The position numbers were made by a program, and so were the translations under genes. Positions 27,810-30,576 of a DNA stretch of 30,576 nucleotides are shown here, in pieces. Position 1 is the first letter of the stretch, and the number at the start of each line of letters is the position of its first letter. The stretch lies in NCBI GenBank assembly GCA_964573325.1, contig CAZNJL010000001.1, positions 1-30,576 on the forward strand. Direction: 5' to 3'. Source of the stretch: an uncultured Candidatus Saccharibacteria bacterium (GTDB lineage: Bacteria > Patescibacteriota > WWE3 > UBA101185 > UBA10185). Below the pieces are notes generated by a model that searched no databases, was not told where the DNA came from, and saw nothing but the letters and a program-made list of their open reading frames with translations.

Positions 27810-29273
27810 ATGAAGACCAAAAAATTTACTATATTACACTCCAATGATATGCACGGAGATTTTCTTGCGGAAGACTCTAGTGAGAAGGGGGAGCTTATTG
27901 GGGGCCTTTCGCTTCTTTCCGGATACATAAATAAGGTTAGGGCGGAAGAAGAGAATGTATTGTTCGTGATTGCCGGAGACATGCTGCAAGGATCTTTAAT
28001 TGACTCTGAATATAAAGGTCTTTCAACCATTGAGATTATGAATTATTTGGCCCCCGATGTAGTCGCCTTAGGAAATCATGAAATAGATTACGGGCTTCCT
28101 CACTTATTATTTTTAGAAAAACTGGCCAACTTCCCAATTGTTAACGCAAATTTATATATTAAAAAGTACAACAAAAGGCTAATGAACCCCCACATTATTC
28201 TAAAGAAAGCCGGCCTTGATATATTATTTACCGGAATTATAACGGAAAAAATTATTGATTCATTAAAAATGGACTCGCTTATCGGCAGTTTTATTTCCGT
28301 GGAAGAAGTGGCAAGAGAAGTCGGCAAAATATGTAATTTTTATAAAAATGACGATATTGACCTCACAATTTTACTGACACACATAGGGTACGAATCGGAC
28401 CTGGAACTCGCGAGCCTGTTAAAACCGGAATGGGGCGTAGATATGATATTAGGAGGGCATTCACACACAATTTTAGAAAAACCGGCTGAGGTAAATAATA
28501 TCCTAATTGCGCAAGCGGGGGTAGGATCTAACCAAATTGGTAGATTTGACATTACTGTAGATGACGACACAAACAGCATTATTAAATACGAATGGCAGCT
28601 AGTAGAAATAAATAATAAAATTGCGGAACCGGATACAAAGCTAGAAGAGTTTATTAACTCATTTAGAGAAACTGTTGATCGAAAATACAGCACGATAATA
28701 ACTAAACTGGCTATTGAAGCCACACATCCGCAAAGGGAAATAGAGACCTCATTGGGAAATTTGTTTTCTGACGCCTTCGCGGAAGTAACTGAATGTGATG
28801 CTATGTTATTGGGAAGTGGCTCTATCCGAGCAAAACAGCTTGGCCCCATTGTCACACTAAAGGACTATATGAGTTGTTTCCCTTATGATGACACCCTAAC
28901 AAAGTTTTACGTAAGCGGCGATAAAATCAAAAAGATATTTAGCCACATTATGCGAGTTGAGAACAGAGACGGGGAGGGGGAGTGTTACCAAGTCAACGCG
29001 GGAGTAAAGGCAATATACAACGAGAAAAATAAAAAATTAACCAGCCTGTTAATTAATGGCAATTCTGTGGAAGAAAATACAGTATATTCCCTATGCATCC
29101 AGGGGTATCACCATACTAATTGTGTAAAATATTTGAACATCACGAATGAGGAACTTCAAGAGGAAAAATGCTCCAAAATTGTTACGACATCAGTTCAGGA
29201 AGTCTTAGAAGAGTATTTAAGAAACAATCAAAATCTAAAACCGCAGATTAACGGTAGATTAGTCTTCGTTTGA
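27810..29273 (+). CDS. Bifunctional metallophosphoesterase/5'-nucleotidase, no signal peptide
   Basis: HSNDMHG, AGD, GNHE, LTH, GGHSH calcineurin-like motifs; C-terminal E..LGNL..DA...GSIR...PYDD domain. Confidence 0.92.
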   Translation: MKTKKFTILHSNDMHGDFLAEDSSEKGELIGGLSLLSGYINKVRAEEENVLFVIAGDMLQGSLIDSEYKGLSTIEIMNYLAPDVVALGNHEIDYGLPHLLFLEKLANFPIVNANLYIKKYNKRLMNPHIILKKAGLDILFTGIITEKIIDSLKMDSLIGSFISVEEVAREVGKICNFYKNDDIDLTILLTHIGYESDLELASLLKPEWGVDMILGGHSHTILEKPAEVNNILIAQAGVGSNQIGRFDITVDDDTNSIIKYEWQLVEINNKIAEPDTKLEEFINSFRETVDRKYSTIITKLAIEATHPQREIETSLGNLFSDAFAEVTECDAMLLGSGSIRAKQLGPIVTLKDYMSCFPYDDTLTKFYVSGDKIKKIFSHIMRVENRDGEGECYQVNAGVKAIYNEKNKKLTSLLINGNSVEENTVYSLCIQGYHHTNCVKYLNITNEELQEEKCSKIVTTSVQEVLEEYLRNNQNLKPQINGRLVFV

Positions 29274-29344
29274 TAAGGTATTTAAGTATTTTGCACCCTG
29301 ACACCTCTGTGTGTTAAACTTTTGAAAGACATTGCAGTCTGAAT

Positions 29345-30175
29345 ATGCCTCGCAAAATTTACCAAAAGAAAAAGCCAAAAAGCTTTTTTACCAAGAACGG
29401 TAGAGAACTAAAGTCGTACAAAGACTTTAATGCTGTGTATTCGTTACTGGAACAACTACAACCCCGAAAAGAACAAGTTTTGGCAATTACAGACCTGGTA
29501 TTCAAAAAAAGTAAGTTTAACCAAATCAAAGAAAGATTAGGCAACCTTGGGGAGATAGCGACCCAAAAAATCCGACAAATACGCCAAATAGACAAATTAA
29601 GACTTTCTATGATGTCTCTTGGAATAAACGCCGCCCTACTATTGGCATTAGTTTTTGTAGTAGGAACAAATTCCGTAAATCAGCGGCCCATTTCTAAATA
29701 CTCTATCTTCTCATCCAAGCCTTTAACGGTTTTGGGAGCAAGCGTCAGCCTTTTTGGCGGAGATCCACGAGCCGCCACTATAGACAAAATAATGGATGCT
29801 TATAACTGTCCTCTAGCTGGAAAAGGTAAAGTTTTTGTCAAAGAAGCCGACAACAATGGAATACCTTACTGGCTGCTCGCCGCCATAGCATTCCAAGAAT
29901 CCGGGTGCGGGAAATACACTCCGAAAACAGGTGGCGAAGAATCATATAATGCGTGGGGATGGGGCGTGTGGGGAAAAAATGTTCGCATGTTTGAAAACTG
30001 GGACGAAGGCATTAAAACTATTTCCAGATACATGGGAGATAATTTCTACTCCAAAGGAGTAACCAATACTTGCGAAATTATGCGTATCTATACACCTTCC
30101 TCAAATGGATCTTGGTGCCTGGGCGTTAATTATTACGGCGATATTATCCAAAGCTACAAATCTCCCGACAGATAA
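29345..30175 (+). CDS. Membrane-anchored lysozyme-like/glucosaminidase-type protein
   Basis: Basic N-terminus, TM helix, AAIAFQESGCG, YNAWGWG, F..W.EGI.TI, YTP....W..GV. Confidence 0.7.
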   Translation: MPRKIYQKKKPKSFFTKNGRELKSYKDFNAVYSLLEQLQPRKEQVLAITDLVFKKSKFNQIKERLGNLGEIATQKIRQIRQIDKLRLSMMSLGINAALLLALVFVVGTNSVNQRPISKYSIFSSKPLTVLGASVSLFGGDPRAATIDKIMDAYNCPLAGKGKVFVKEADNNGIPYWLLAAIAFQESGCGKYTPKTGGEESYNAWGWGVWGKNVRMFENWDEGIKTISRYMGDNFYSKGVTNTCEIMRIYTPSSNGSWCLGVNYYGDIIQSYKSPDR

Positions 30176-30224
30176 GGCCTAACTTGCTTTTTTCTTCCAC
30201 TATGATATAATAACAATTGTACTA

Positions 30225-30576
30225 ATGCGCAAACAAATAGGTGCCCACAACCTAATCGTGGGACTCTTTCTTCTTGTATTTTTCCTCTCCACAGCAACCT
30301 ATACCGCTGTATCGGAGGCACGAGAAGAAGAGAAAAATAAAATAGAGAAAGCCTACGAAATAACCTACAAGAATGTAGATAGAACTGAAGTATTGAGAAA
30401 ATTCTTGGAAAAATATCAATCTCCTTTGGCTAACGAAACTGAGACTTTTGTACAAGTAGCCGATATACAAGATTTAGATTACAGATTACTACCTGCCATT
30501 TCCTGTATGGAATCAGGCTGCGGAAAGGTTTTGATACCCGAAACATATAACGCTTGGGGATGGGGAATATATGGAA
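30225..30576 (+). CDS. Second lysozyme-like/glucosaminidase-type paralog, truncated by the window end and missing from the ORF track
   Basis: Manual translation: MRKQIGAHNLIVGLFLLVFFLSTAT...LRKFLEKYQSPLA...LLPAISCMESGCGK...YNAWGWGIYG. Confidence 0.8.
   Translation, partial: MRKQIGAHNLIVGLFLLVFFLSTATYTAVSEAREEEKNKIEKAYEITYKNVDRTEVLRKFLEKYQSPLANETETFVQVADIQDLDYRLLPAISCMESGCGKVLIPETYNAWGWGIYG

Overview
A gene-dense bacterial chromosome window in genetic code 11 (TGA acts as a stop). By inference it comes from a Patescibacteria/CPR organism: many small membrane-anchored hypotheticals, LPxTG-like and ES(G)CG...NAWGWG proteins, and few Shine-Dalgarno sites. The left half is mostly housekeeping: cyclophilin, ligA-xseA-xseB-dinB, an Hjc-like nuclease, a DUF2090 aldolase, DUF4349, trxB, uppS, HIT, an M16 peptidase, a GGQ release-factor-like protein, a RecD/Dda-like helicase and four CCA-encoding tRNAs (Gly, Arg, Leu, Pro). 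Right after tRNA-Pro lies an accessory stretch with the strongest candidate for an undescribed system. This is a translationally coupled two-gene operon of an intact stand-alone GIY-YIG nuclease and a propeptide-less proteasome-beta-like Ntn hydrolase. Beside it are a probable serine-recombinase remnant and a gene bracketed by degenerate direct repeats. A metal/redox block follows (21.2-26.3 kb). In it, an identical 14-bp palindrome (TGAATACGTATTCA) sits just behind the -10 box of two operons, each headed by a DUF5320-type peptide; one of these is a 32-aa ORF missing from the ORF track. Other signals are pervasive leaderless-type promoter geometry and a tRNA-Pro(UGG) with A37 instead of G37. 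All family calls come from motif recognition by eye; no database search was run.
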